From Eledone cirrhosa (Eukaryota): 64,000 nucleotides of DNA. Position numbers and translations under genes: made by a program. Location of the stretch: NCBI GenBank assembly GCA_964016885.1, contig OZ024747.1, positions 90,086,001 through 90,150,000 of the forward strand. The letters are read 5' to 3'. Shown here piece by piece: positions 27,185-39,914 of the stretch (within the stretch, counting starts at the first letter, position 1; every line of letters begins with the position of its first letter). The notes beneath the pieces were generated by a model that saw nothing but the letters and a program-made list of their open reading frames with translations, was not told the DNA's origin and did not search any database.

Positions 27185-28207
27185 GTCTGTATATGTACTT
27201 ATTTATTCCTTAAATTTCACAAATAACAAAACTGTTCTCTCAGAAGCAAGATCCTACATATTGGTATAATCAAAAGCAGAATTTTAGTACAATTTTGCAT
27301 ATTTGTACTGTCCCGTATAGTCTGAATTTACAAAATGTATACAGCCTTTCTGCCTTGTTTGACAACTGATTACATTTCTACATTTAGCAACAGTCTAAGA
27401 AGTTTGCATCACAATCATAAAATCCTCACTATTTGACATTTACCATAGCTTCTGGTCGACACAAGCCTTGTGAGTGAAAGTAGGTAGATGGAAACAGTTT
27501 GGAAATATGTTGGATGGCCTGTACCTGTAATTCAGAGAGCCAGCCCTGTCATATATACCATCAAGCTGGATCTTTCTTACTTCAATAGCAAACTGTTCCA
27601 TCATTATTGAAACAAAGAAGGTTCATTCTATTCTACAGCAGGGGTCAGTTAACTATAACCCTCCTTGTATCACACCCTACTGTCTTGAAAAGGGTAAAAA
27701 ATACATTAGATAGTGTAGTCTGAGATAAACTATACCTGAAAGAAAAAAACAAAAACAATGAGAGCCACAGCTAGCATGCTTTTAACCCTTTCATGACTGA
27801 GTAACTTAATGTAAGTTTCTTATATAAAATTATGTTGGAAGATTTTAATTTAAATTGGAAACCTTTAGAAAGGGTGGTTTTATTTCATAGAACTAGAGCA
27901 AGTTTTGGCCATGGCCAGGTTGGTAACTAAAGGGTTAATCATAAATCTGGTTGAAGAGAGCTAACCAGGGACTAAATGATAACTAGGCTATTGCTTTTTT
28001 TTAAATTTGTGTGGCATGAAAGAAAGGAACAAAGACAAAGCAAGAAAGAAGAGAGAATCTCTTCAGTCTTGCCAGAGATGAGACAACTTCTCTGGCACTG
28101 GTGAATGAACAAATGAAGACAACATAGGAAAAAAGGACTTCTCTTCAGTCTTCCTGTGGAGTATTTTAAAATCTTCTGCTGGAGTAGAACTTAGCAGATC
28201 CTATTTT

Positions 28208-28570
28208 TCATCATCATTTTACACTGGCATGGATTTGACAGGTTGGCACAGTCCAAGACCAGACAAGTCAGAATGACCAATCTCGCTTGTTACGTTCCAT
28301 ATTTGACCTGGTTTCTATCACTGGATAGCCTTCCTAACACCAAACATCTTACATGGTGTGCTGGCTATGTTTTTCATGACACTAGCAATACCACTTTGGG
28401 TGCATTTTATCATGGTACCAACACTAACACTTTACAGTGTACTAGGTACATTTTATTGTAGTACCAACACTAACACTTTACAGTGTGTACTAGGTACATT
28501 ATATCATGGAACCAACACTAATACTTTACAGTATGTACTAGGTACATTTTATTGTGGTACCAACACTTTG
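28208..28570 (-). mobile_element. RTE-tail repeat with ~48-bp tandem units
   Basis: (CAT)n tail, CCTTCCTAACACC motif, repeated ACACTTTACAGTG units. Confidence 0.6.
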
Positions 28571-28811
28571 CTCTATAATAATAATACTCTTAATAGCCAA
28601 GTTCAAGAAAGTATTTCACAGAATCCTGCCATGTATATCCCTTCTATTGATGAACTTTACTGTTCAAAGCAGACTATCAAGTCATTGGGAAGACATAATT
28701 TCTGACTAATTATTTTACACTCATAATTTATTTATCACAAAGGACTTTTGGTTCTGGGTTCTTTTCCTGTTAAGGTGTGTATCAGTAATTGTTGAATAAA
28801 GTCTTTAGTAA

Positions 28812-28950
28812 AGAGACCTGGGGGTAGACCCCTGAGCAAGATGGTTGGATAACATCCATGAGCTTGGCTGGTCTCATTTGGGGATCTGGCCAGATCAGTT
28901 GGATTTGGTTGCTTCTGACAGGACCGACGGGAAGGAGTGTTTGAGGATTA
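28812..28950 (+). mobile_element. LINE 3' fragment (same family as 6697)
   Basis: GGTAGACCC…GATGGTTGGATAACATC homology. Confidence 0.65.
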
Positions 28951-31139
28951 ACCAATATGCAGAATTAGTCAGAATAGTATGCTTGACTAGAATAGCTGTA
29001 ATCTCAACTCAGTAGTTCAAAAGTGAACTTTATTTTAAATATCTACTTTCCACTGTATTATTAATTTAATCACTTAGAGTATCACAACTTCTAATTAGAT
29101 ATGAATACATCTGTAGATGTGAATTATATATCCTTGACAATCCTGACATTTGATCTCCACCATCCAGATATACAGGAACAGACATTAAATAGAATCCTGA
29201 CAAGAATCAGAAACATATAAGATATTTTACAGAGACTGAAATATTCATCAAAGCTCAGCATCGAGTATCTGGAATTCTCTGGAGAAGTGAAGTCAGTGTC
29301 TTCTTTAAACGATACAGCATAATAGTTAACGAAACAACACAGCTATATAAACCTTTTAGCTAATCAGTCATTTGGTTTCCTTAACAGCCAAGTTAATAGG
29401 AAGGAAATAAAGAATTGGGAAACATTGAAATAATGCAATTAATAATTAAGATATTCTATTAATGAACAGTAAACTATGTATGCCATATGGCAATGGAGAG
29501 TAATAAGCTGTGTATGGGCCACAGGGTGTTACATCATCATTATCATCATTATTTCACGTCCGTTTTTCCCTGTTTGCAAGGGTGGGACAGTGTTACATTA
29601 GCAGTAAATGATCTAAGAAGGCTGTAGTGGGTTACAAGTACTAGAGATATTCAGCAGAATGAATGTGATACATACTTAATCAAGTAATGCAACATTATGG
29701 CAGGTGGTAGTTCCTAAAATGACAAACACACACACTAGGAAATAAGTAATATTGCAAGCTCCTCCTAACTCTGCCACAATCAATATATAATGTTTGTTGT
29801 CCCTACCAGCAAGGGTTGGACAGCTCATCAGAGACCAAGACAGTACTTAATCAGATCTACAGACCTCTCAGATAGGTTGCAGGCTACATCTTGCTTACAT
29901 ATGTTCCTATACTCTACCGAGTGCACTGGATTTGTTTTATCATGGCTTCACATACCATGGTAGTAGACTTACAGACTCTCAGATTGGTTGAAGGTCATAT
30001 CTTGCTTACAAATTAATTGGAGCTACTGACCTCCTAGATGAGCTAAGAGCTGCATCTCACATATGTTTCCACACTAGCATTAGCACTAGGAAGGTTATGT
30101 TTTTGATTTAGATGAAGAGTCCTCTAAAAGTTTTGCTTTCTATGGCTGCATGTCCTTCCTATCATCAACCACTTTACTGAGTGAATTTTTTTATTGTGAC
30201 ACCAACACTAGAGAGGTCATTGTGCCATCGACAACTGAAGTGTCTTGAATCCATAGACAGCATGGTAGTGTCCGTTTGCAACAGAGGAAGCTTATATACT
30301 ATGACCAAGGGAATGGCATAGAAGTACTACAAACTATGAAATAATTGGTAGCCAAAATAGAGATAATTTATGATAGGATATGCTTCACATGAGATGCATG
30401 TGCTGGTATGGCCATGTCCAGTGCAGTGAGGGCTGGATCAGCAAAGTGATGTCGATCCAGGAGGCAGTAGAGGCCCAGGAAGACCAAAAAGGACTCAGGT
30501 GGAGGTTGTCCGTCGGGATCAAGCTAGGCTTGGCCTGGCTCAAGTGAGACCAGTGGGTAGAAACACATGGAGCAGGGCGCTAAGGAGCACTGTCAGATAG
30601 GACCCACCCCTATTTAATTGTGTCCTGCATAATCAAAAACTGGATGATGATGATAGTTGGGATGTGTTGAGGAAAGATGAAAGTGACTGGTTGAGATGGA
30701 AATGAATGTGGAAGGAATTAGAGAAAAGAACTGCTGTATCTTTAAAGACATGACTAATGGTGATGAAGAGGAAAATGAAAACCAGAGGGTTGGTGAAGGG
30801 GCATGCAGAGGATGAGCCCACAAACCTAACCTCTGGTTTTGCAAGATATTTGGCATTAAACTGCTTGTGTTGTTGCAGGACATTATTATAAATTGGTTAT
30901 GATACTTATAAAGAGTAAACTTTACCAATAGCCCAATGGTTACTTAAACTCATCTTTCCAGAAAACAATCTTGCAGATTCACTAAATTTTGAAACTAATT
31001 ATCACCATAATTTACATCATTTTTTCCATGCTAGCATGGGTTGGATGAGTCTGCCTCAGAAAAGTGTCATATCACTCATTGCCACTGCTCATCACAAAGT
31101 TCAGCATCTTGCCATCACCTTTTACCACTTCTGCAGAAT

Positions 31140-31645
31140 ATATATGTAAAATGGTCATGTAAGAGTCACGACAGAAAGGACCTCGTCCACACTGTAGAGG
31201 TGATGTAGGAGTCACGACAGAAAAGACCCAGTCCACACTGTAAAGAGGTAATGTAGGAGGCACGACAGAAAAGACCCAGTCCACACTGTAAAGAGGTAAT
31301 GTAGGAGTCACGACAGAAAAGACCCAGTCCACACTGTAAAGAGGTAATGTAGGAGTCATGATAGAAAACACCCAGTCCACACTTTAAAGAGGTCATGTAG
31401 GAGTTACGACAAAGAGCACCCAGCCCACACTGTAAAGTGGTTGTGTAGGAGTCACAAGAAGCACTCAGCACACTCTGTAAATATGGTTGCCGTTAGGAAA
31501 GGCACCCAGCTGTAGAAATTTAGCCAGAAACAGCTCTGTATGAGCGGGATACAGTCGCCTGACTCAACTTGCCTCTAACGGGACAACCTGTCTAATCCAT
31601 GCTAACGTAGAAGGTGAACGTTAAATGACAATGATGATGATGATT
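31140..31645 (+). mobile_element. RTE-tail element with 6-7 x 48-bp units
   Basis: GTCACGACAGAAAAGACCCAGTCCACACTGTAAAGAGGTAATGTAGGA repeats, then a (GAT)n tail. Confidence 0.8.
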
Positions 31646-32015
31646 ATATATAGTCATATTCATCCTTCTCAATTACCAGCATCTTTTTATTGTTTGCTTT
31701 TCGATGCCAGAACAAGCCACATCAGTGTGCAGCATGTCATTTTTCTTGACCCTGCATCATAAAGTTTGTAAGGCCAAATATTATCACATTAGATCGCTGT
31801 GCTCTGAGTTCAACTTTGCCTTACATTCTTTTGTGATTGATAAAATAAAATAGCAGTCGAAATTAGTGAATTGGTTGAATTGTTAGAGCATGACTGAGAT
31901 GTTTTGCAGCATTTCATCACACTCTGAAATCTGAGTTGTTGGTTGATAAACTTAATACAATGTCTGGTTTAACCCTTTAGCATTTAAACCAGCCATATCT
32001 GGCAAGTTAGTGAAA

Positions 32016-32358
32016 GAATAAAGACCCTCTTTGGTCACGAATGACCATGGGATTTATACCAAGATAGTTCCCCTCCAAGGCACAAGTCTAGGCAAGTTTG
32101 TTTGTGGAAGACCAGCAGTCACCCATACATATCAGTCTTCCCTCTCCATGCCACTAATGTTGTTTAAGAGGAAGGCAATGGCCGATACAGCTTGGCACCA
32201 GTGACATCGCAACTCATTTCTACAGTTGAGTAAACTAGAGCAACATGGAATAAAGTGAATTGCCTAAGGACACAACGCATCACCCGGTCAGCGAATCAAA
32301 CTCACAATCTCACAATTGCAAGCCCAATTATCAAACCACTAAGCAATGCACCTTCACT
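32016..32358 (-). mobile_element. Near full-length CORE-type SINE
   Basis: tRNA-like head, CORE-like block and a distinct 3' tail. Confidence 0.75.
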
Positions 32359-32829
32359 CTACAAATTAATATTGCACAAACATTCAACTGAGTGCATTCC
32401 AGCCTCTGTAGACTTTCTGCATTTGAAGACCATTGTTTCACCACTATATAGAATCAAACTTTTAATATATTCACACACTTGTCTATCCCTTCCACAAACA
32501 GATAAAACTTTCATAACCAACAGGTAATGGCTCCCTCAATTTATTACGCTTTTCCTTACCTTAGCCACTACACTTTTACTAGAAAACTATTCGCTAATCA
32601 TGTCACCTAGGTAACAATACAAACCACTAACAATGTGATTAAACAATGAACCTACTTCTGTGTGATTTTCTGTACTTACACCCCTAAAAAAAATAAAAAA
32701 GGGTTACAAATATAATTTACAAATACAAATTTCAATAAGGTGTTTTTAAACTGTTCGAAAATCCTTCAAGATAATTGTTAAGGAATTCCATTGCTGGGTA
32801 TCAATAAATAAGAGAGAATAAAATATTTT

Positions 32830-33110
32830 TGCAACTTAGTCACTTCGGGCCCACAAACCCTTGTACTGCGGCCTGCAATGCAGAGGAAAGGAAGATAAAC
32901 AAATACCGGGGATTATCTGACCGCTGCCTCTTCACACCGGTCACCGTCAAGATCGCAGGCGTAGTTGGACTCCGTACTGCCGAGCTCCTTGGCAAGATCG
33001 GAACGTCAGCAGCCAGAGGAAGGAGACCCACGAGGTGGGGTGGCTGTTGCAATGGATGTCACTGGCCATTGTCTGCGGAGCACAGCCCCATTACCGCTAT
33101 GCCCTAGGCC
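32830..33110 (+). mobile_element. CRE/NeSL-like non-LTR fragment (restriction-like endonuclease C-terminus)
   Basis: AACNAEERKINKY…FTPV…G..G…L.KIG, then frameshifted WLLQWMSLAI. Confidence 0.65.
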
Positions 33111-34011
33111 CAGAACCCAATCACCTTCCCCTTCTCTATTCTTCCATAACACTAGAGCCCTTGCCTTTCCTTCCTGCTGTGTAATATCCAATGGACATAC
33201 CAGAGCTATTCAAAGGTTACTCCTGATTTGTCATACCAGAGCCTAGGGATGTGCAAATCAATTTCATAAGCCATCACCAGCAAAACTTACCAAAATGATA
33301 TTTTTAGTAGATATATAAAATTAGGTTTGTTGAGAGGTAGTAAACAACTTATTGACATGTTGGTACAGGCCAGAAGAAGACCATGAGAAAGATGTTTTCT
33401 TTTCATTTTAGTAATACATAGAATAGTCAAATACAGGCAACATTCTTCCTATACAATTCAAAATAGCCAAAAAAAAAAAAAAAGGTGGAAATATAGAAAA
33501 GAAAGAACTGAAGTCCACTGGTCCTGGTACTCGTTTTTGAATTACTGGACACTATGACACCAGAGAAATAATTAAATATATACTATCACAAATAGAATAA
33601 AAAGGGCTTGCTACCTGGGTAATGACTGCAGAAAATCAACGAGTTGGCTATTAACCTGGAGAGTTCTTTAGAGCGGTAGTCACAGTAAAGATTTGTAGAA
33701 AAAAATACAACAGAACAGTTACAGTCCAATAGTGGTTTGAGCTGGTGAAAAAAGAAAAGAGAAAAACATACCAAAATTATTACAAATTTACTACTAGTTT
33801 TAGCTTACTGTAAAATGATTTATAAATATGAACCAAATTTTAAAACTTCTAACTTTGAACCAAAGCATATTAGTCCATAGTTAGTACCAGAATCATTAAA
33901 AACAAGTTCTTATCAGGAGTAAATAGATTTGATATATTGTAAGGTTTAATAAATACATATTAATGCAAACTGGCAGAGACATTAAAATTGAAATGTTTTA
34001 TATTTGATTTC

Positions 34012-34200
34012 TATGCAGGGCAAAACCAACCAGCAAGAGACCCAGGAGTAGACCCCGAGCAAGATGGTTGGATAACATCCATGAGCTTGGCTGGGCATGC
34101 TTGGGGATCCAACCAGATCGATTGGAGACGGCTGCTTCTGACAGAACCCGCTGGAAGATGTGTTTGTGGACTCTGCTCCCACGACTCTCTCTGGAATAAG
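34012..34200 (+). mobile_element. LINE 3' fragment (same family as 6697)
   Basis: Direct homology to the reverse complement of 6697-6880. Confidence 0.7.
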
Positions 34201-35159
34201 TAGGCAAAGAAGATGTAATTTCTGCCAGTATAAAGTTTTAATTAAGGATGAGTAGGCAAACCCTTTCATTACTATTTTTTTTTATGAAAAACACTGTATT
34301 TCAATTGATCAATATATAATTAGTAGGGGTTTTTATTAAGATAACAAAAGGTTCTCATATCAAATTATGTTAGGAGGTTTTAATTTAAATAGGGAGACCC
34401 TTAAAATAAGTGCTCCTGTTCCCCCAAACTCTAGACAATAGGATTATAGCTGTTCATCTGACCTGGCATTGCTCACAACGGAGCAACTCGTCTAACCCAT
34501 GCTAAAATGGATAAAATGGACATTAAACTGTGATGATACACCTCCACTCACTAAAAATATGTCTAGAAGCAAAGCAAAAATCACCAAGACGATAATTATG
34601 AAAAGAACAACAAAATAAGATTGTCCCATTTGTCATAACAAAAAAGAAGGAATATATAAAAAGTAATTAAGTTATTTCAGTTTTAATTACTTGAAACTGA
34701 AAGAATATAATCCTCAAACAAACAAACTCGAAAGATTTATTATCGCTAATTAGTCGGTAATCAGCAATGGGCCCCAACTGTTTCTAACGTCAGTTTAGTT
34801 GCTAAGAACTTGGAATACGTAAATAACAACGAAACGGTGCAAAAGCAATCAACGTACTTGAACAAAGTTGGCCAGCGTTGGTCTGCTGTGAGGCCTTGAT
34901 CACAGATACTGTTTGCTTGTATCATATCAAATATGTATGTATGTATGTATGTAATGTGACGCAGAGACATAGAGAGAGAGTAGAAAGAGACATTGCTTAT
35001 TTACTACTTGACCCAACGAGGTCAGATACATTATCTACCCTTCAAAAGGTGCCGAGAATGACAAAAAAAAAAAAAAAGACAAAATAAGAAAAAACTATCT
35101 CACTCCGTTATAGCACAACCACTTACTTATACACCCCTAATCCATTATCGAATCAATGG

Positions 35160-35515
35160 AACATCCATGCTGTCGTTGGACTTGCTAGAAGTAGCAGCCT
35201 AATCTCCTCTAAAATCACAATAACAGAAAAAAAAGACACATTGGACAATATAGTGCAGAATATAGAAAAAAAAATTAGGGATATGCGCGATGAGTTGACT
35301 TGGGGCTAAACAACAACAAACCCATTCGTCCAACGAAGGAGCCTCTACGTGATAGCTCAACCGGCTAAATATAGCAGTCAAATCTCCCTTAAAGCATACC
35401 CTATTTATCTTACATATGAAAAAGAACATCGTATTTAAGATGAGATGATCATGGTTAGAATCCCCTCTGATCATAGACCTGCTAATTCATGATTGACCTG
35501 GGGCTAAACAATAAA
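35160..35515 (+). mobile_element. Two tandem SINE/LINE tail fragments ending GGGGCTAAACAAC
   Basis: Similar tail pieces near 370-580, 17775-18110 and 27640-27990. Confidence 0.5.
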
Positions 35516-36691
35516 TATAATATATATAAAAGAAAAAAAAACAGTCCATGGAAGTGTGCACACGTAGTCAATAATTTATGGACATCACATGTCATGGCGA
35601 GAATAAATAAATAATAATAATAAAAGCTAAATACAAAAAATAACTAACTATAGATAAGGTGTCATTATGATAAAAGAGAAGGTGATTTATTCTAAGTAAA
35701 CAGAAGCCTGTGTGTCACGTTTTCAGTTCTAAATGTGGTTAGTGATACATATTGAACATGTACGAACGTGCTCTTATAAACACAAACAATTAGATTTCAA
35801 GAAATTGACGTCGCTAATGTTGAAGAAGCAGTAAAATATTTAAAATTTAATCTGTTACGTGTGGGCCATTAAAACATGTGGAGAGAGGGTGTGAGAGATA
35901 GAGAGAGAGAGAAACATGACTAGTGTGTCTATTTCAACCCAAGAACGGTGTGTGAGAAAATATTGAGTGGGTGGTGTGTTTTGGACGAAATAAACATTTC
36001 CACCTAGATAAAAACGATATATATGCATATAATATATATATATATTTGGTCTATAGTCTGAACAAATAAATATAATATATATCGGACTAGCCGAGGATTG
36101 TGGTAAATATTAGTCAACATAGTAGTTTGCAAGTGAGAAAGAACAGTGTCAGGTGGAAGTATTTTCAGAGATAAAAAAGGAAGAGGCTTAACAAACCAAC
36201 AAAACAAGTATATATACATACATTATATATATATGCATGCATAATGGATGCAACCATGAAACTGACCATAGTAATATGTTCATTTCGGAAAAGACCGTTC
36301 TTTTGTACCATATTACCATATGCATACATATATACATACATAGTAAAGCATTCATACGTTAAGGTGAAGACTGCACGTACATAAATAAATGCGTTTAATA
36401 TATTTAATGCGCAATACATTAACAGTCGGCTCGTTCTGTTTGTGTTATATTTTTGCAAACACGAAAAAAAATATAACTTTTCTTCATCCCATCTGCAAAT
36501 AACTGCGTAGAGATCTATAAAAAAGATGATATAATTTAATAAAAGACATTTTTCCCTCAATCAGCATTCGACACTCTTTCGTCAAGAATTACCATAATTA
36601 TTATTATTACCATTATTATTATTGCTATATTATTGCAATATATAAACAAATAAAAGCATGAAATAAGCAGTTTGAAAGGTCGCAGACTTAC

Positions 36692-37085
36692 ATCAATAAC
36701 TGAACACCATCATTACGAAAAAGTGTGGGGATTTGTTGTAAAAGTCGTTTGTTTTGTTCTTTCTTTCTCTTTTGCTCTTTCGAATATATATGATATTATT
36801 ATTTTTTTGTTTGTTTGTTGTTTTTGTTTCTTTTAATCTCCCACTTCTTTTTCTGTTTTGCTTGGTGTTAAGACAGCTGAGAAAAAAAACAAGAGTATAA
36901 CGGTCTGGAAAGATTGTGTCCGTCTTGAAACTGGTGCGCAACAGGAAGGTTTATAAGAAAGGAGAAGAAAAGCTGAAGTATAGGATATATAAAGATAAGA
37001 AATGGGTGAGAGAAATCGACCGACTTTAAAAAAAAGGAGGTAGAAAAGCCATCAATATGTGGAATGCCGAAATAACCAAAACAAG
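36692..37085 (-). other. Candidate non-coding first exon of a minus-strand gene
   Basis: Starts next to the promoter motifs and ends at GAT|GTAAGT (plus strand ACTTAC at 36686-36691). The start position is approximate. Confidence 0.45.
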
Positions 37086-37102
37086 TCACTGGTCACCGAT
37101 CT

Positions 37103-37137
37103 TACCCACAATGCATAGCGAAAGGTATAACTTCCGG
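37103..37137. promoter_or_regulatory. Candidate bidirectional promoter core: ZNF143/Staf-like site plus ETS site
   Basis: TACCCACAATGCATAG at 37103-37118 and ACTTCCGG at 37130-37137, within a CpG-retaining zone. Confidence 0.6.
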
Positions 37138-37317
37138 AACGCCAGTTGTTTCTTTAAACTACTTTAATGTTGTTTATGTCCGTGATTCAGTCAGTTGTTT
37201 GTTTATGTTGTTCATGGTGATTTAGAACACTATAATCTACAGAAATATATATATATATATATATATATATAAGTATGTTATGGTAATTATTAAGTTAACG
37301 AATATATATATAAACTT

Positions 37318-37540
37318 AATTATTATTAGTACAGATTAAAGTTAAAGCAAAGAGTTTCTGCTTTCACCCTATATATACAGGGTGTCCCCCCATAAATATA
37401 TACATATTATTAAAATGCAGTTAAAGTATGTATACATTTTTGGAGGACACCCTGTGTGTGTGTATATATATATATAGAGAGAGAGTGTGTGTGAAAACAG
37501 AAATTCTTTACTTCAACTTTAATCTGTACTACTAATAATT
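37318..37540. mobile_element. Inverted-repeat element with 50-bp arms (possible HHR 3' half) and a nested MITE
   Basis: Arms at 37318-37367 and 37491-37540 are ~88% complementary. Confidence 0.7.
37378..37454. mobile_element. Tc1/mariner-type mini-MITE
   Basis: TA|CAGGGTGTCC…GGACACCCTG TIRs. Confidence 0.8.
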
Positions 37541-37568
37541 ATTTACTCTACGGGTGTATACATATATA

Positions 37569-37643
37569 CAGGGTGTCCCCAAAAATGCATATACACTTCT
37601 ACAGCATTCTAATAAATGTGTTTACATTTTTTAGAACACCCTG
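37569..37643. mobile_element. Tc1/mariner-type mini-MITE, second copy
   Basis: TA|CAGGGTGT…ACACCCTG|TA. Confidence 0.8.
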
Positions 37644-37662
37644 TATATATATATATATAAAA

Positions 37663-37862
37663 GAAAAGAATTAGGACCCCGACGGCTGAGCTCCGGCCGT
37701 TTCGACAACTAGATCCGAACAGTTCAGATCTAGCAGTCGAAACGGCCAGAGCTCAGCCGTCGGGGTCCTAACTCTTTTCCTATTACCCATTCTACTAGCC
37801 TAAGTATTGAGTACAATGGTGCATTATGGTCCACCTGGTAACTTACCACACCCTCTTTGTTA
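37663..37862 (+). mobile_element. Penelope-like fold-back mini-element with HHR 3' half
   Basis: 117-bp near-perfect palindrome at 37663-37779 centred on 37721, containing GAAAC-GG…CC-GTC|GGGG, with a TATTGAGTAC extension. Confidence 0.75.
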
Positions 37863-39105
37863 TATATATATATATGACCCGACGGGTGTATATATATATG
37901 TATGTATGTACATATATATACATCGTCCACTATAGGTATGTTATGGTTATTATTAAGTTAACACAAAAATAAATAATAATAGTATATTTGCTCTTTTTTA
38001 CTTTCTTCTACAAAAGAAAAGAAAAAAAGAACCACGGATTATTTCTAATGATAATTACCCGGTGAAAAATCAATTAATAGCGAAAACAGTTTAAGATATG
38101 AGAGTATTCAAACACCGTTACCTGAATGGAATGGGCCCGGATGGTTTGAAGGAAAGATCTGCAGGTTATTATTAATTATACATAGCTTCCTTTACGTTAA
38201 ATGTCCTACATTCAGCGGTGTGTAGAACTCTTGTGATGTCCAGGGCAATCCTTGATTGTATGTCCCAAAGACTCAAGTATAAGGCCTAATATACTGAGAA
38301 ATATTATGAGAAAGGAAAACATTTTGGATATATAAACAGATGAAACGTGAAATAAACGCTTTATTCGATTTTAATATAAATCAATCAAATTAAGTTCTTT
38401 TCCCTAAATGATACCCGGGACCAACGCCCCTGCACGCTTACTGCCTACATTACGTCTTTATATTATGTCATAGCACCGGTAATTTTAGGCTGCGTTACTA
38501 TTCATAAATCATCACGGAAATAAACCTGTTCTTAACTTTGCAGTAACCCCAACTGTCTGTGGACTGACTGACACAAGACGAATTCCTTGTAGCCGACAGA
38601 CACTGTTCACTATTCATGAGCCCTTAACTCCTTCGCGAGTTGTAAGGATGGCGTGTGAAGGACCACTTTATAGTGTGGGCTGGGCGTTTTTTACTGTGTC
38701 GCTATCATTACCACTTTACAGTGTGGGTTGGGGGTTTCACTGGATGTATTCTTCGGCCTTTCCTCATGGGAGATGTATGGGAGGGTGGGGGTGCATACTG
38801 TGTATATGCTTCAGTTTCGGTCTGTATAAATTAAAATCTTCCTACATATATTGATACAAGAAATTTTTATGATGTTATGCTACAAATACCATCTTGATAA
38901 TAAAATAAATAAAATTTTAGTAAATCCCCCAAACTTTTCACGTATTAATTCAAATACAATATATTTCATAGACAAAACATTTCAAAGACCTCTTAGATGC
39001 AACACTATTGGAAGCCATCTAAATTTATGTAGCTTTGAGTCACAATAAAATAACAAGAAGCTTCCAGAAAGTCAAGTCTATGATGTGAGTTGAATTTATA
39101 GTTAA

Positions 39106-39499
39106 CCCTTTAGCATAAACTGGCTGTATCCAGCCAGAATTCTCTCACATCTTTCTGTTCAAACCGGCTGTAACTGGCCACTCATACTGATGTTAAGGTA
39201 TTGTTCTCAAAATAAATAATTGTTTCTACTTTAGGCACAAGGCCAGCAATTACTCAGTTCATTACTGGTACTTTATTTTATCGACCCCGTAAGGATGAAA
39301 GGCAAAGTTAATCTCGGCGGGATTTGAACTCAGATCGTAAAGGGACGTAACTATGCTGGAAAGCATGGCGTCTGACACTCTACCGATACTGCCAAAAATA
39401 ATATCAAGATCTCATAGATTCTATATTATGTGACCTAATGCCTTTACCATGAAAATATAATAGCATATATATATATAGAGTAATATAGATGTTAAAGTG
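39106..39499 (+). mobile_element. piggyBac-type MITE carrying a nested family A SINE (39221-39395, minus)
   Basis: TTAA ends; the SINE is flanked by an AAATAAT duplication. Confidence 0.85.
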
Positions 39500-39914
39500 T
39501 TAAGCCTTCTCAGTTCTCTTGATATGGAGATAGTTATACATTTGATGTTATTTCAAAGGGCTTGTCTCCATGTCATTACATAGCAGTGTTTTACATATGG
39601 ATAACATGGATTGCTTCAAGTGTCATATGAAGGCAGCATTATGGTATCACGACGTAACTATTTTGCCACAGAAATACGTATCTTGGCTAGTTTGTAAATA
39701 TAGAAGTAATGAAATCTAGCCTTTGTGTTATATTATTGATATATAGATAGACAGAGAGAGAGAAATGTAAAATCCCAACCACGGTACTAAGTGGCTTCGG
39801 CTTGTGATTACTGGTCTCCTCACTGCAAACTCTATATATAATACATGATGTGTGTACTCATTTATGTCTACCAATGTAAATCTGTGTTGTCTATATGTCA
39901 AAACCATAACTTAA

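Noticed and set aside
29102-29325. Nearly open reading frame MNTSVDVNY…
   Set aside because: Internal stop, no recognisable motif, no splice support.
37100-37107. Minus-strand splice donor G|GTAAGA
   Set aside because: It overlaps the ZNF143-like motif, which explains the sequence better; not fully excluded.
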